Assembly (NCBI GenBank): GCA_963723535.1
Contig: CAVRRE010000012.1
Location: 178-64,177, forward strand
Direction: 5' to 3'
Origin: an uncultured Acidobacteriota bacterium
Lineage (GTDB): Bacteria > Acidobacteriota > Thermoanaerobaculia > UBA5066 > Gp7-AA6
Length of the DNA: 64,000 nt
This document shows, piece by piece, positions 10,061 to 25,037 of this stretch; positions within the stretch are counted from its first letter, which is position 1; each line of letters opens with the position of its first letter. The notes under the pieces were generated by a model, which was not told the DNA's origin, did not search any database, and saw only the letters and a list, made by a program, of their open reading frames with translations. Both the position numbers and the translations under genes were made by a program.

Positions 10061-11587
10061 TCAGGCCGGGACTTCCGACTCGCCCACCGTACGCACCGCC
10101 GGCTCCGTGGGAAGAACCCCGATCAGGCGGCGTACCGGCCCCGAAAAGGCCAGCAGGAGCAGGCCGCCGAGCCCGGTCACCCAGGCGATCGTTCCGAAGA
10201 GCCGCGGCAGGGGCATGGTCGAAAACTCTCCCGCGGTCAGTCCGGCGATGAGGTTGCCGAGGGCATTGCCCATGAAAAAGGTTCCCATCATCTGTCCGAC
10301 CAGCCGGCGCGGCGCGAGCTTCGTCACGCTCGAGAGACCGACGGGCGAAAGGCACAGCTCTCCGACCGTGTGGATGAAGTAGGTCGTCACCAGCCACCAC
10401 GGCCCGACCTTGTCGGCTCCCCCGTGCGTCTTCTGCGCCGCCACCACCATGACGAACAGACCGATCGAAAGGAGCACGAGCCCGTAGGCCAGCTTGGCGG
10501 GCATGGACGGCCCGCGGTCGCCGAGTCGCAGCCAGACCCAGCTGAAGACCGGCGACAGGATGATGACGCACCAGGGCGGGACCGCCTGGAGCCAGGAGGC
10601 GGGCATCTCCCACCCCCCGATCATCCTGTCGGTCAGGCGCGACGCGAAAAGGTTGAACGACGAGCCGGCCTGCTCGTATCCCGCCCAGAAGAGGGAGGAG
10701 GCCAGGAAGAAAATGAAGATCACGACGGTGCGCTTCTTCTCCGCGATCGTCAGGCCGCCCCCGAGGAGGATCGCCCCGAAGTACAGGAGGACGCTGCCGA
10801 CGATCAGGACACCCGTGCCCTTCGCGGCGGTCTCGACCGTGAGGTTGGTCGCCAGGAACACGCCGGCGACGAGCGCGGCGACGATCCCCAATCCGGCGAG
10901 CGCCTGCTTCACGGCCCGCTCCCGGACTCCCGGCGCCAGCGCCTCGGGCCGCAGCAGCCCCGCGGAACCCAGGAACTTCTGTCCGTAGCGGTACTGAATC
11001 AGGCCGAGAACCATGCCGACGCCCGCGGCGCCGAATCCCCAGTGCCAGTTGACCTTCTCTCCGAGGAAGCCGCAGATGAACGGTCCGATGAAGGCTCCCG
11101 TGTTGATTCCCATGTAGAAGAACGAGAAGCCGGAGTCGCGCCGCGCGCCGCCCTCGGGATAGAGGTCGCCGACCATCGCGCTGACGTTCGGCTTCAGCAG
11201 GCCCGTGCCGCAGACGATCAGCCACAGCCCGAGATAGAAGCTCCAGACGGCCGGGATGGCCATGCTGAAGTGGCCAGCGGCGATGAGGCACCCGCCCAGG
11301 AATACGGCCCGGCGCTGTCCGAGGATGCGGTCCGCGATCCATCCGCCCGGCAGAGCCATCAGATAGACGCCGGCCGTGTAGAGGCCGTAGATCGCGGCGG
11401 CCTTCGCATCGGTCATCCCGAAGCCGCCCGTCTGCACGGACGCCACGAGGAAGAGGATGAGGAGCGAGCGCATCCCGTAGTAGCTCAGGCGCTCCCACAT
11501 TTCGGTGAAGAAGAGCGTCGAGAGACCCCGTGGCTGGCCGAACCACTGCCGGTCGGCGGGCGGCGTGGACGCGCTCGTCGAGCTCAT
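10061..11587 (-). CDS. POT/PTR2-family proton-dependent di/tripeptide transporter
   Basis: The sequence FGQPRGLSTLFFTEMWERLSYYGMRSLLILF...GGWIADRILGQRRAV contains the PTR2 signatures. It is a multi-pass membrane protein. The track ORF starts at 11626, but ATG at 11587 is the more likely start. Confidence 0.88.
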   Translation of the reverse strand: MSSTSASTPPADRQWFGQPRGLSTLFFTEMWERLSYYGMRSLLILFLVASVQTGGFGMTDAKAAAIYGLYTAGVYLMALPGGWIADRILGQRRAVFLGGCLIAAGHFSMAIPAVWSFYLGLWLIVCGTGLLKPNVSAMVGDLYPEGGARRDSGFSFFYMGINTGAFIGPFICGFLGEKVNWHWGFGAAGVGMVLGLIQYRYGQKFLGSAGLLRPEALAPGVRERAVKQALAGLGIVAALVAGVFLATNLTVETAAKGTGVLIVGSVLLYFGAILLGGGLTIAEKKRTVVIFIFFLASSLFWAGYEQAGSSFNLFASRLTDRMIGGWEMPASWLQAVPPWCVIILSPVFSWVWLRLGDRGPSMPAKLAYGLVLLSIGLFVMVVAAQKTHGGADKVGPWWLVTTYFIHTVGELCLSPVGLSSVTKLAPRRLVGQMMGTFFMGNALGNLIAGLTAGEFSTMPLPRLFGTIAWVTGLGGLLLLAFSGPVRRLIGVLPTEPAVRTVGESEVPA

Positions 11588-11637
11588 GAAGTGGCGCGAG
11601 GCTACCAGAGAACCCCAGGCGGTCATAATGGCCGTGC

Positions 11638-13348
11638 ATGCAGGCCCCGGAGTTTCTCGGGCCGTTGGCGCTGATCTTTCTCGCGGCGCTCGGCGCGGCG
11701 TTCCTGCTCCACCGTGTCGGCCAGCCGCCGCTCATCGGCTTCCTCGTGGCCGGCGCGCTGTTCGGCCCCTTCGGGCTCGGGTTGCTTTCCGACGTCGAGG
11801 TCGTCGAGGTCCTCGCCGATCTGGGCGTCGTGCTCCTCCTCTTCACCGTCGGCCTCGAGCTCTCGCTCGGCAATCTGCGCCGCCTCGGCAAGCTCGTGTG
11901 GGTCGCGGGAGGCATCCAGGTCTTCGGCACGATCGCGCTCGTGCTTGCGGTTGCGGCCGCGGGGGGCTACCCGCTGTCGCGCGGGCTTTTCTTCGGGTAC
12001 CTCGTCGCCCTCTCGTCGACGGCGATCGTCCTCAAGCTGCTGCTCGACCGCCACGAGGTCGACTCCCCGCACGGCCGCTCGCTCATCGGCATCCTCATCT
12101 TCCAGGATCTCGCCGTCGTGCCGATGCTGCTGTCTCTTCCGACGCTCTCCGGCGGGGGCTCGTCGGGGCTGCTCGCGGTCCTCCTCGCGACCGGCAAGAC
12201 GGCGCTCACGGCCGGCGTACTCCTCCTCGTCGCGCGCGTCCTCGTGCCGCGCTTCATCGGCGCCCTCGCGGGCACCCGGCAGAAGGAGATCTTCGTCGTC
12301 GCGGTCCTCTTCCTCGTCCTCGGCTCGGCGCTCGCGACTTCCTGGGCCGGCCTCTCCGCGGCGCTCGGGGCGTTCCTCGCGGGTCTGGTGCTCTCGGAGT
12401 CGGAATACGGCCACCAGGCACTCGCGGACGTGACGGCGTTCCGGGACGCCTTCAACGCCATCTTCTTCGTCTCGATCGGGATGCTGTTCGACCCCCGCGT
12501 GATCCTCCAGCAGCCCGTCCTCGTCGCGGTGCTGCTCGGGCTGATCCTCGTCTGGAAGACGGTGGCCGGCGGCGCCTCCGTCCTCGTGATGGGCTACGGG
12601 TTCCGCGTGGCCACGGTCGTGGGGCTCTCCCTGGCGCAGATCGGCGAGTTCTCGTTCGTCCTCCTCCGCCAGGGCCAGGCCGCCGGTCTCATTTCGAGCG
12701 TCATGTACCAGACGTTTCTCGCCGCGGCGATCATCACGATGATCGCCACCCCCTTTCTCTCGGAAGCCAGCCATGCCCTCGCGTTCCGCCTGGCGAGCCG
12801 GGAAGCCTCGCCCCGCGACGCGAAGGCGCCGCGGAGCGCCCGAGGGGCTCATCCTCGTGGTCGGCTTCGGACACACCGGCGAGACCGTGGCCCGCGTCCT
12901 GGAGCGGGCCCGAGCGCCCTTCCGCGTCATCGACCTCGATCCGGTCCGCGTCAAGAAGGGCGTTCGGAAGCTCGTCCCGATCGAGTACGGTGACTCGACC
13001 AACGACGTCGTCCTCCGGCGGAACGGCATCGAGAAGGCCCGGGCGGCCATCATCCTGGTCTCCGATCCCCGCGCCACCCGCCAGACGATCCGCCACTGCC
13101 GCATGCTGGCGCCGAAGCTCTTCGTGCTCGCCCGCACCCGCTACGTCGCCGAAATCCCCGGCCTCGTGGCCGCCGGAGCGGACGAAGTGATCGCGGAGGA
13201 ATTCGAGACCTCCCTCGAGATCGCGCGTCGCGCGGTCAAGCGGCTGGGCCTTCCCCTTCCCTGGGTCGAGTCCGAGACTCAGGAGATCCGGCGAATCCGG
13301 GAGGAAGGCTTCCGGAGCGTCACGGTTCCGCGTCTGCCCGAGATCTAG
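11638..13348 (+). CDS. CPA2 (Kef-type) cation:proton antiporter with C-terminal RCK/TrkA-N domain; one frameshift near 12838
   Basis: The membrane domain (ORF 11638..12993) reads ...LFTVGLELSL...GILIFQDLAVVPML. The RCK domain (ORF 12773..13348) reads LILVVGFGHTGETVARVLE...VIDLDP. The junction reads ASPRDAK..|PEGLILVVGFG. Confidence 0.85.
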
Positions 13349-13379
13349 CAGGTTGCTGAAAAAGGGTGTGGGATGGGTA

Positions 13380-13401
13380 AACGCTGCGGGTACGCAGCGT
13401 T
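13380..13401. terminator. perfect 9-bp hairpin between convergent genes (candidate bidirectional terminator)
   Basis: AACGCTGCG-GGTA-CGCAGCGTT lies between the kef-type gene (stop at 13348) and hemL (stop at 13498). It has no clear U-tract, as is common in GC-rich genomes. Confidence 0.45.
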
Positions 13402-13497
13402 CCCTACTGCCGGGGGTTTGCCGTTGGTGGCCGGGTGTCGAGCGCCGCGGCGTCAGATGCAAGGAAGCGCGACGACGGCGATGCCTTCAGCAGCCTG

Positions 13498-14838
13498 CTA
13501 GGCGAAGGCCGCGTCGAGCGCCGCTCCAGCGGCCCTCGCCGTTTTGCGGATCGCGTCCGCGTCGTGCGCGATCGACACGAACCACGCCTCGAACTGGGCC
13601 GGAGGCAGGAAGACGCCGCGCTCGCGCATCGCGTGAAAGAAGGCGGCGTAGCGCGTCGTCTCGCAGCCCCGGATCGAGGCGAAGTCCAGGAGCGGTCCCC
13701 TGGCGAAAAACAGGGTGAGCAGGGAGCCGAGCCGGGCGACCGTCAGCCGGTCGTCGAGGCCCCGGCTCACGATGGCCTCGCGCAGCAGCGACTCGAGGAG
13801 CGCTCCCTTCGCGTCGAGCTCCGCGTACGGCGGCCGGCGCTCGATCTCGGCGAGCATCGCGAGGCCTGCCGAGGTCGCGAGCGGATTGCCCGAGAGAGTG
13901 CCCGCCTGATACACCGGCCCCGACGGCGCCATCCTCTCCATCAGCTCCCTCGGGCCGCCGTAGGCCCCGATGGGAAGACCCCCTCCCAGAATCTTGCCGA
14001 GCGTCGTCAGGTCGGGGCGGACTCCGTAGATCTCCTGCGCTCCGCCCGCGGCGAGTCGAAAGCCCGAGATCACCTCGTCGAAGACGAGCAGCGCTCCGTG
14101 GCGGCGCGTGAGCTCGCGCACGGCCTCGAGGTAGCCGGGCGACGGAGGAACGAGCCCCATGTTGGCCGCGACCGGTTCGACCACGAAGGCCGCGATCTCG
14201 CCGGGGAATCTCCGGAACGCGGCTTCGAGCGCCGACGCGTCGTTGTACGGGACGACCGTCGTGAGAGACGCGACCTCGTCCGGAACGCCGGGGCTTCCCG
14301 CGATCCCGAGCGTCGCGACGCCGGACCCCGCGGCCACGAGAAATCCGTCGGCGTGGCCGTGGTATCCCCCGTCGGTCTTCACGATGCGCTTGCGGCCCGT
14401 GGCGCCGCGGGCCAGGCGCACCGCGCTCATCGTGGCCTCCGTGCCGGAGTTGACGAAGCGGACCATCTCGATCGACGGAACGAGCTTCGAGACCTTCTCC
14501 GCCAGGCGGACCTCGAGCTCGGTCGGGGCGCCGAACGAGGTGCCGCGCCGCGAGGCGCGATCGAGGGCCCGGCGAAGAAAGGCCGGAAGGTGTCCGAAGA
14601 GGTGCGGGCCGTAGGACATGACGAAGTCGATGTACCAGCGGCCGTCCGCGTCACGAACCCGGCATCCTCGACCGGCGGTGACGAAGAACGGCTCCCCGCC
14701 CACCGACGCGAAGGAGCGCACCGGGGAGCTCACGCCGCCGGGCATCACGCTCCGAGCGCGGCGGAAAAGCGCGGCGGACCGCGAGGAGGACGGTGCTTTC
14801 CGGGTCCGGTTCAACGTTTCAACATTTCGACGCTTCAA
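13498..14838 (-). CDS. hemL: glutamate-1-semialdehyde 2,1-aminomutase
   Basis: The ORF is intact and reads ...[21 protein letters not shown]...[17 protein letters not shown]...GGYHGH. The apparent TTG start at 14838 overlaps the hemB stop (TTGA). Confidence 0.93.
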   Translation of the reverse strand: MKRRNVETLNRTRKAPSSSRSAALFRRARSVMPGGVSSPVRSFASVGGEPFFVTAGRGCRVRDADGRWYIDFVMSYGPHLFGHLPAFLRRALDRASRRGTSFGAPTELEVRLAEKVSKLVPSIEMVRFVNSGTEATMSAVRLARGATGRKRIVKTDGGYHGHADGFLVAAGSGVATLGIAGSPGVPDEVASLTTVVPYNDASALEAAFRRFPGEIAAFVVEPVAANMGLVPPSPGYLEAVRELTRRHGALLVFDEVISGFRLAAGGAQEIYGVRPDLTTLGKILGGGLPIGAYGGPRELMERMAPSGPVYQAGTLSGNPLATSAGLAMLAEIERRPPYAELDAKGALLESLLREAIVSRGLDDRLTVARLGSLLTLFFARGPLLDFASIRGCETTRYAAFFHAMRERGVFLPPAQFEAWFVSIAHDADAIRKTARAAGAALDAAFA

Positions 14839-15827
14839 CCGTCCAGGCCGCCCTCGCGGAGCCAGCGCGCCGCGTCGGCCGCGTGGTACGTGAGGACGAA
14901 GTCGGCTCCGGCCCGGACGATGCCGGTCAGGATCTCGAGGACGATGCGCCTCTCGTCGATCCAGCCGTGGCCCGCGGCCGCCTTGACCATCGCGTACTCG
15001 CCCGAGACGTTGTACGCCGCGATCGGAGCGTCGAAGCGCTCGCGCGCGTCGCGGATCACGTCGAGGTAGGCGAGCGCCGGCTTCACCATGACGGCGTCGG
15101 CGCCCTCCTCGAGGTCGAGGGCGATCTCGCGCATGGCCTCGCGCCGGTTCGCCCCGTCCATCTGGTAGCCGCGCCGGTCGCCGAACTTCGGGGCGGAGTC
15201 GGCGGCCTCGCGAAACGGTCCGTAGAAGGCCGACGCGCTCTTCGCCGCATACGCCAGGATCGCGGTCTGCTCCCGCCCTGCGCCGTCGAGCGCCCCGCGG
15301 ATCGCGGCGACGCGCCCATCCATCATGTCGGAGGGGGCGACGACGTCCGCCCCGGCGCGCGCGTGCGAAACCGCCGCCCGGGCCAGCAGAGGCAGGGTCG
15401 CGTCGTTGTCCACTTCGCCGTCCCGGATCACGCCGCAGTGGCCGTGCGAGGTGTACTCGTCGAGGCAGACGTCGGTCATCACGACAATCTCCGGCGCCGC
15501 TCCCTTGATCTCGCGGACCGCCGCCTGAACCGCGCCGGCGTCGTCCCAGGCTTCGCTCCCGGTTTCGTCCTTGCGCTCCGGCAGGCCGAAGAGGATGACC
15601 GCCGGAATGCCGAGCGATCGCAGCTCCTGCGCCTCGGCGGCGGCCTCGTCCGGCGAGACCCGGGAGACCCCCGGAAGCGAAGCGATCGGTTCCCGCAGGC
15701 CCTTCCCCTTCCGGACGAAGAGCGGCGCGACGAAACGGTCGGCGGTCAGGCGGGTCTCGCGCACCAGGGCGCGCAGCCCCGGAGTGCGCCGGAGCCGGCG
15801 GAGGCGGGTCGCCGGGAATCGCGTCAT
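14835..15827 (-). CDS. hemB: porphobilinogen synthase (delta-aminolevulinate dehydratase)
   Basis: The ORF is intact and reads [27 protein letters not shown]...[10 protein letters not shown]...[17 protein letters not shown]...[13 protein letters not shown] at 15827 is preferred over the track start at 15866. Confidence 0.93.
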   Translation of the reverse strand: MTRFPATRLRRLRRTPGLRALVRETRLTADRFVAPLFVRKGKGLREPIASLPGVSRVSPDEAAAEAQELRSLGIPAVILFGLPERKDETGSEAWDDAGAVQAAVREIKGAAPEIVVMTDVCLDEYTSHGHCGVIRDGEVDNDATLPLLARAAVSHARAGADVVAPSDMMDGRVAAIRGALDGAGREQTAILAYAAKSASAFYGPFREAADSAPKFGDRRGYQMDGANRREAMREIALDLEEGADAVMVKPALAYLDVIRDARERFDAPIAAYNVSGEYAMVKAAAGHGWIDERRIVLEILTGIVRAGADFVLTYHAADAARWLREGGLDG

Positions 15828-15894
15828 CGGAGGCCGCAGCCTATTCACACGCGCATGAAGCTGCAAGGGAAGCTACGGGGCATGCGCTTGCAGC

Positions 15895-16637
15895 CTATGC
15901 GCCGTGCGCCGGCTCTCTGGCAAGCCGCTCGAGAAGCGTTCCGGCGCTTCGAAAACGCGCTTCCGGCGCGGCGTGGACTCGCTCCACGCCGAGAGACGCG
16001 AGCCGCTCGAGCGTGGAGTTGCCGAGCGCCACGGCGGGAGTCGCCCGCAGCCGCTCGGCGGCCTCGGGGCTCAGGCCCTCGAAGAGCCACTCGGCCGCGG
16101 CCGGGGACGTGGCGCAGAAGGCGGCCGGCTCGCGCGCGAGGACCTCGGCGGACAGCCCGGGGCCCTGCGCCGTCGGACGTTTGCGGTAGAGGACGATCCG
16201 GCGAACTTCGGCTCCGCGCTCGCGGAGCAGCGACGAGAGATCGAGCGACACTTCCTCCCCGCAGGGCCACAGCACGCGGCGGCCCGCGACCGACTCGGAC
16301 AGCCCCTCGAGAATGGAGCGCGCGGAGCCGGCGGCCACGCGGTCCGGCGCGAATCCCTGAAGCTCCAGAAGCTCGGCCGTGGCCTCGCCGACGGCCACGA
16401 GAGTCGCCGACTCGAGGACGGCGCGCAGGGCTTCGGCATGCGCCGCGTCGCGGGCGACCCGCTCCACGGCCGTCTGGCTCGTCACGATGACCGTGTCGAA
16501 TCCGCCGGACCAGTCGGCCGCGTCGGGAGGCGACCGGTTCGATCGTGTGGCTCACGTACTCGATCACCTCGGCGCCGGGCACGGTCCCGAAGGGCCGGGC
16601 CCCCGACCGCACGATCGAGAACGCAGCGGTGGTTCAT
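15895..16637 (-). CDS. hemD: uroporphyrinogen-III synthase, two frame breaks (about 16595 and 16520)
   Basis: ATG at 16637 overlaps the hemC stop (ATGA). The reading goes MNHRCVLDRAVGG | ARPFGTVPGAEVIEYVSHTIEP | PPDAADWSGGFDTVIVTSQTAVERV..., and the rest is track ORF 15895..16485. The call rests on position within the hem operon plus HemD-like sequence. Confidence 0.75.
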
Positions 16638-17539
16638 CGGGACCCCTCGGCGATGAGCTCGGCCGCTCCCAGCTCCAGGAGACGTTCGGCGAGGGCCTTC
16701 CCGATCCCGGCGGCGTCGGCGGCGTCGCCGGATCGGGTCTCGCGGATCGAGCGCGAGCCGTCGGCGGAAAAGACGGCCGCTTCGAGCGTGAGGGCGCGGT
16801 CGGTCGCGCGCGCGAGCGCCGCCACGGGCGCCCGGCATCCGGCTTCGAGCGCGGCGAGCAGGCTTCGCTCGGCGAGCACCTCCTCGTGGGAGGCGAGATC
16901 GTCGACATGGGCGAGCAGCGCGCGCGTCTCGACGTCGTCCGCGCGCGTGACGATCCCGAGGGCGCCCTGGCCCGCGGCCGGAAGCATCCGGCTTTCGGGG
17001 AACACCTCGACGATCTCTTCCAGACGCGAGAGGCGGGCGAGGCCGGCGCGGGCGAGCACCAGGGCGTCCCACTTACCCTCCCGCAGCCGGCGGAGACGCG
17101 TGTCCACGTTGCCGCGGGCCGGCGAGACGGAGAGATCCGGCCGCGCGGCCAGAACCTGGGCGGCCCGGCGCGGGCTCGACGTGCCGATCCGGGCTCCCGC
17201 GGGGAGATCCGCGAAGGCGAGCCGCGGGCGCGAAACGAGAACGTCCCGGGGGTCCTCCCGTTTCGGCACGGCGGCGAGCACGAGGCCGTCGCGCAGGGCG
17301 GCGGGCACGTCCTTCAGGCTGTGGACGGCGGCGTCGATCCCGCCCGCGACCAGCTGCTCGTCGAGCTCCTTCGTGAAGTCGCCCTTCCATCCGATCGGCG
17401 CTCCCGCAGCCGAGCGCCGGTCGCCCGTCGTGCGGACCTCGACGATCTCGACCTCGGCGCGGTCGCCGAGAGCCGACGCCGTCAGACGCGCCTGGACCAG
17501 GGAGAGAGCGCTTCCGCGAGCGCCCAGGCGCAGTTTCAT
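16634..17539 (-). CDS. hemC: hydroxymethylbilane synthase (porphobilinogen deaminase)
   Basis: This is the last 301 codons of track ORF 16634..20008: MKLRLGARGSALSLVQA...IGTSSPRRAAQ...RGNVDTRL...LPAAGQGALG. ATG at 17539 overlaps the hemA stop (ATGA). Confidence 0.92.
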   Translation of the reverse strand: MKLRLGARGSALSLVQARLTASALGDRAEVEIVEVRTTGDRRSAAGAPIGWKGDFTKELDEQLVAGGIDAAVHSLKDVPAALRDGLVLAAVPKREDPRDVLVSRPRLAFADLPAGARIGTSSPRRAAQVLAARPDLSVSPARGNVDTRLRRLREGKWDALVLARAGLARLSRLEEIVEVFPESRMLPAAGQGALGIVTRADDVETRALLAHVDDLASHEEVLAERSLLAALEAGCRAPVAALARATDRALTLEAAVFSADGSRSIRETRSGDAADAAGIGKALAERLLELGAAELIAEGSR

Positions 17540-18793
17540 TCGTCGAGGCGGAAGAGGTGGCGGATGGCCTCGACCCGGTCGAGCTTGCGCGAGGCGTCCG
17601 GCTCGTCTTTCAGCCTCCGCAGCGGCTCGTGGAGGAGGCGCGCCGAGAAGGCGTCGGCGAAGGCGCGAAAGCGCTCCCGATCCGCGGGCGGGAGGCGCTC
17701 GAGCTCGCGGTCGCGAAGCGCCGCGAGGCGCTGCTGCAGCCCGTGCAGCGTCGGCACGACGGCGAGGTTGCCCAACCACGAGAGAAAGCGCGCCAGCTCC
17801 TCTTCCAGGATGGCCTCCACCTTCGGGATCTCGCGGGCCCGGCGGCGGCGGTTCTCCTCGGCCACGCCCTCGAGGTCGCCGAGGCCGTACGCATACACGT
17901 TGTAGATCTCGCCGACCGACGGCTCGATGTCCCGCGGCACGGCGAGGTCGAGAAACATCATCGGCCTTCCCCGCCGCAGCCGCATCGCCGCCTCGACCTC
18001 GGCCCTCCCCACGACCGGCCCGGGGCTCGAGGTCGTGCCGACGACGAGGTCCGCGTGCGACAGGGCCTCGGCCAGAGATCCCCAGGGCACGGCTCGGCCG
18101 CCCAGCGATCGGGCGAGCTCCTCGGCGCGCTCGGGCGTCCGGTTGGCGATCCGGACGTCCGTGACTCCCGCTTCGCCGGCGAGCTTCGCGAACAGCGTCC
18201 CGGTCTCGCCCGCGCCCAGCACGAGGACCGTGCGCTCCGACATCTTTCCGAAGACGCGGCTCGCGAGCTCGTAGCCGATGGAGGCGACGGAGAGAGGGTG
18301 GTGCGAAATCTCGGTCTCGGATCGCACGCGTTTTCCGGCCGCGACGGCGCTCTCGAACATCCGGTGGGAGACGGCGCGGGTGGCTCCCGCCTCGCGCGCG
18401 AGCCGAAGGGCGGAGCGGACCTGCCCGAGAACCTCGCTCTCCCCCAGGGCCATCGACTCCAGGCCGGCGGCCACGCGGAAGAGGTGGCGCGCCGCGTCCG
18501 GGCCCTCGCGGTAGAAGCTCGCGCTCAACACGTCCACCGGGTCCAGGCCCCGCCAGCGCGAAATGAGCCCGGCGATCTCCTCCTGCGGGTCGCTCGCCGT
18601 CGGAGAGCGCGTAGATCTCGCTGCGGTGGCAGGTGGCCACGATGACGCTCTCGCTCGCGAGCCCGTCGCGGCGAATCCGCTCCAGCGCCTCGCGCACCTC
18701 GTCGGCGGTGAAGGCGATCCGCTCGCGCACCGCGGCTTCCGCGCCGCGGAAGTTCCAGCCCAGCAGGAGGAGGCGTGACTCGGCCACGCTCAT
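17536..18793 (-). CDS. hemA: glutamyl-tRNA reductase, one frameshift near 18595
   Basis: The N-terminus MSVAESRLLLLGWNFRGAEAAVRERIAFT...VIVATCHRSEIYALSDGE is in the frame of ORF 16634..20008. The reading then continues DPQEEIAGLISRWRGLDPVDVLSASFY... into ORF 17536..18537 (...LGESEVLGQV...VLGAGETG...). ATG at 18793 overlaps the upstream stop (ATGA). Confidence 0.9.
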
Positions 18794-19600
18794 CGGAACC
18801 GGTGGGCCTGCGTCAGGTACATGTTCACGACGGTGTACGAGAAGAGTACGACGGAGAACCCCAGGATCGACAGGAGCGCGACACGGGGCCCTTCCCAGCC
18901 GCGGCGGTCCATCCAGAGCAGGAGCCCGTAGATGAGCAGCGTCAGGACGGCCCACTCGACCTTCGGGTCGGACGAGGGTCGTCCAGAAGCGCTCCGCCCA
19001 GACGAGGCCGAGGACGATCGAGAGGGCGAGCACGCCGAGGCCGATCGACACGCTCGTCCGGTTCATCCGCCCGAGCACCTCGAGGGGCGGCAGCCGCGAG
19101 AAGAGCAGCCCCGTCCGGCCGCGCCGGATCTGCCGGCTCTGGATCAGGTAGAGGATCGAGAGGACGAAGGACAGCGCGAACGCCGCATAGGCCAGGATCG
19201 CCAGGGTGACGTGAAACGCGAACACCGAACCGTGCGTGCCCCGCCCCGGAGCCGAGGGCGCATCCGGCAGCAGGAGGCCGACCACGGTCGCCAGGATGAC
19301 GACCGGGATCAGAAACGGGCCGGTCGCCCGCTCGCGGTGGCGCAGCGCGAGCGCGAGGTAGGCGATGCCCAGCATCCAGCCGAAGAAGGAGACCGAGCCC
19401 CCGAGCGTGCGGTAAGGGACCGACGAGAGCTCGCGCGCGCGGTGCAGCAGGTCGGCGAAATGGAGAGCGAGGCCGCCCGCGACGAGCAGCGGGGTCGCAG
19501 CCGCGACGACGCCCCGCGGCCGCACGAGCGAGACGATCGCGCAGATCTGGGCGGCGAGGTAGAACGCCACGGCCAACCAGCCCAGGGCATGGGATCCCAT
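18790..19600 (-). CDS. hemX: CcsA-family membrane protein of the HemX type (cytochrome c assembly protein-like), one frameshift near 18975
   Basis: The gene starts MGSHALGWLAVAFYLAAQI... and is multi-pass. After the break the hand-read frame gives ...GRPSSDPKVEWAVLTLLIYGLLLWMDRRGWEGPRVALLSILGFSVVLFSYTVVNMYLTQAHRFR*, which carries the W-rich/DPK motif of the CcsA family. Its position directly upstream of hemA matches the Bacillus-type hem operon. Confidence 0.75.
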
Positions 19601-19657
19601 TCGAACGGCCGAGTCTATCAAGCGCGGCGCGGCCGAGCGGCGTAATACGATAAACCG

Positions 19658-22519
<2,862 letters not shown>

Positions 22520-22559
22520 GCCGCTCAGCGCCTCGCCTGGCGCGCTATATTCCGAAGGG

Positions 22560-23614
22560 ATGGACGCCCCTTCGCTTTCGTCCGCTGCGCGATTCCTCGA
22601 CGCCTGCCGGCTCCGGCCGGTCGACCGGCCGCCGGTGTGGATGATGCGCCAGGCCGGGCGCTACCTGCCCGAATACCGGGACGTGCGGCAGAAGGTGTCG
22701 TTCATGGAGCTCTGCCGCTCGGTCGAGCTGGCGACGGAAGTCTCCCTCCAGCCCTTCCGGCGCTTCGATCCCGACGGCGTGATCTTCTTCTCGGACATTC
22801 TCGTTCCCGTCGCGGCCATGGGCGCCCGCGTCGAGTTCGGCGACGGCGGCCCGACGCTGCCCGAGCCCGTCCGCACCACCGCGGCGGTCGAGCGGCTCGC
22901 CCGCTTCGATCCCGCCGCCGAGATCGCCTTCACGGGAGAAATCCTGTCGAGGCTCAAGCGGGAGGTCGGCGGCCGCGCGGCGGTGCTCGGCTTCTGCGGG
23001 GCGCCGTGGACGCTCGCCTCCTACCTCGTCGAGGGCGGCGCTTCCCGGAGCTTCGCGGCGCTGAAGACGATGATGGGACGCGACCCCGGGACGCTGCGGA
23101 AGCTCCTCGATCTCCTCGCCGACGTCGCCTCGGACGTGCTCTCCTTCCAGATCGCTTCCGGCGCCGACGCCGTGCAGCTCTTCGACACCTGGGCGGGCGA
23201 GCTCGCCGCCGAGGACTACCGCGAGTGGGCGCTTCCGGCCGCCGCCCGCGCGATCGCCGGAATCCGGCGGCAGGGCAACGCCCGTCATCCTGTATGTCAA
23301 CGGCTGCGGCCACCTGCTCGAGACGATGGCGGAGACGGGGGCGGATGTCCTGTCCATCGACTGGCGCGTGGCCCTCTCCGAAGCGCGGCGGCGGGTTCCG
23401 GGCCGGGCCCTCCAGGGCAACCTCGATCCGGGCCTCCTCCTGGGCGAGCCGCCGGAAGTGGCGCGGCGCACCCGGGCCATGCTCGAGGAGACCGGAGGCG
23501 AAGGGCACGTCGTCAATCTCGGGCACGGCGTGCTGCCCGGGCTCGCGGCTCGAGTGCGTGGAGGCGTTCTTCGACGCGGCGCGGCGGCCCGTCGCGGCCG
23601 CGGCCTCCGCATGA
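22560..23614 (+). CDS. hemE: uroporphyrinogen decarboxylase, two frame breaks (about 23283 and 23545)
   Basis: The sequence reads ...[18 protein letters not shown]...FFSDILVP...[14 protein letters not shown] (ORF 22560..23840), then [28 protein letters not shown]...NLGHGVLPG (frame of ORF 23326..), then [16 protein letters not shown]...SA* (frame of ORF 22637..23614). The stop overlaps the hemN ATG (ATGA). Confidence 0.88.
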
Positions 23615-25037
23615 GCGTCCTCGACGTCCCTCTCGAGCTGCTGCGGCGCTACAACGTCCCGGGGCCGCGCTACACCTCCTACCCGACGGCGCCGATGTGG
23701 AAGGAGAGCTTCGGCGCCGGCCGACTACGCCTCGATTCTCGCGGAGAGCTCCGAAGCGGAGACGCCGGCTCCGCTCTCGCTCTACTTCCATCTCCCCTTC
23801 TGCGAGAAGCTCTGCTTCTTCTGCGGCTGCACCGTCGTGATCACCGGCACCCGCCACGCCGCCGAGTCCGTCTACCTCGACGCGCTCGAGAAGGAGATCG
23901 ACTGGGTGGCCGCGGCCCTCGCCGGCGGCGGTCGAACGCCAGGGCGCGAGCGGCGCGACAGTCGTTCAGCTCCACTGGGGCGGCGGGACGCCGACCTACT
24001 TCCCGCCGCCCCTGCTCGAGCGACTCGGGCGGGCCATCCGCCGGACGGTTCGACGTGGCCGCCGACGCCGAGCTCGGCGTCGAGGTGGACCCGCGCGTGA
24101 CGTCGCCGGAGCACCTCGAGACCCTCGCCGGCCTGGGCTTCAACCGTCTGAGCATGGGCGTCCAGGACTTCGACCCGCGCGTCCAGGCGGCCATCAACCG
24201 GATCCAGCCCTTCGAGGCCACCCGCGACCTCGTGCGCGAGGCGCGCGCGCCTCGGCTTCCCGAGCATCAACATGGATCTGATCTACGGGCTGCCCCACCA
24301 GACGCCCGCGACCTTCGCGGAGACGATCGACCGGGTCCTCGAGATCGACCCCGACCGGCTCGCGGTCTACTCGTACGCGAACGTGCCGTGGATGAAGAAG
24401 CACCAGGCCGTCCTCGAGCCGCACCTGCCCGACGAGGCGACGAAGTTCGAGATCTTCCGCACGGCGCTCGAGCGGTTCACCGCGGCGGGCTACGAGTACA
24501 TCGGCATGGACCACTTCGCGCGGCCCTCCGACGAGCTCGCGCGAGCCCGGCGCGACCGGACCCTCCACCGCAACTTCCAGGGATACACGACGAAGGCCGG
24601 CACGGACCTGCTGGGCTTCGGGATGAGCGCGATCGGCTCGATCGGGCGCCGCTACGTCCAGAACCGGCGGGAGCTCGCCGGACTACGCGAGGCCGTCGAT
24701 CGAATCCGGCGGCGCCGCGACGTTCCGCGGGGCCCGCCTCATCGGAGGACGACGCGCTCCGCCGCGACGTGATCAGAGCCTCCTGTGCCACGGCGTCGTC
24801 GTTCAAGCGCCGAGATCGAGGCCGCGACTTCGGGATCCGGCTTCGACGACGGACGTTCGCGGCCGCCCTCGACGGCTCTGGCTCCCTGCGCCGCCGACGG
24901 CCTCGTGGACGATCGACGCGCGCCGAGATCCGCGCGACGCCGCTCGGCCGGATCTTTCTCCGCAATCTCGCGATGCCGTTCGACGCCTACCTCGCGGCGG
25001 CCCGCCGAGAAGCCGGTGTTCTCCCGGACGCTCGTGA
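23611..25037 (+). pseudogene. hemN: oxygen-independent coproporphyrinogen III dehydrogenase (radical SAM HemN), at least 6 frame breaks; 3' boundary uncertain
   Basis: The N-terminal HemN hallmark is [18 protein letters not shown]. Around 23797-23830 the nucleotide sequence directly reads [17 protein letters not shown], which is the CxxxCxxCxC motif. Later segments are [53 protein letters not shown]... (ORF 24272..24772) and ...[15 protein letters not shown]...KPVFSRTL. Confidence 0.85.
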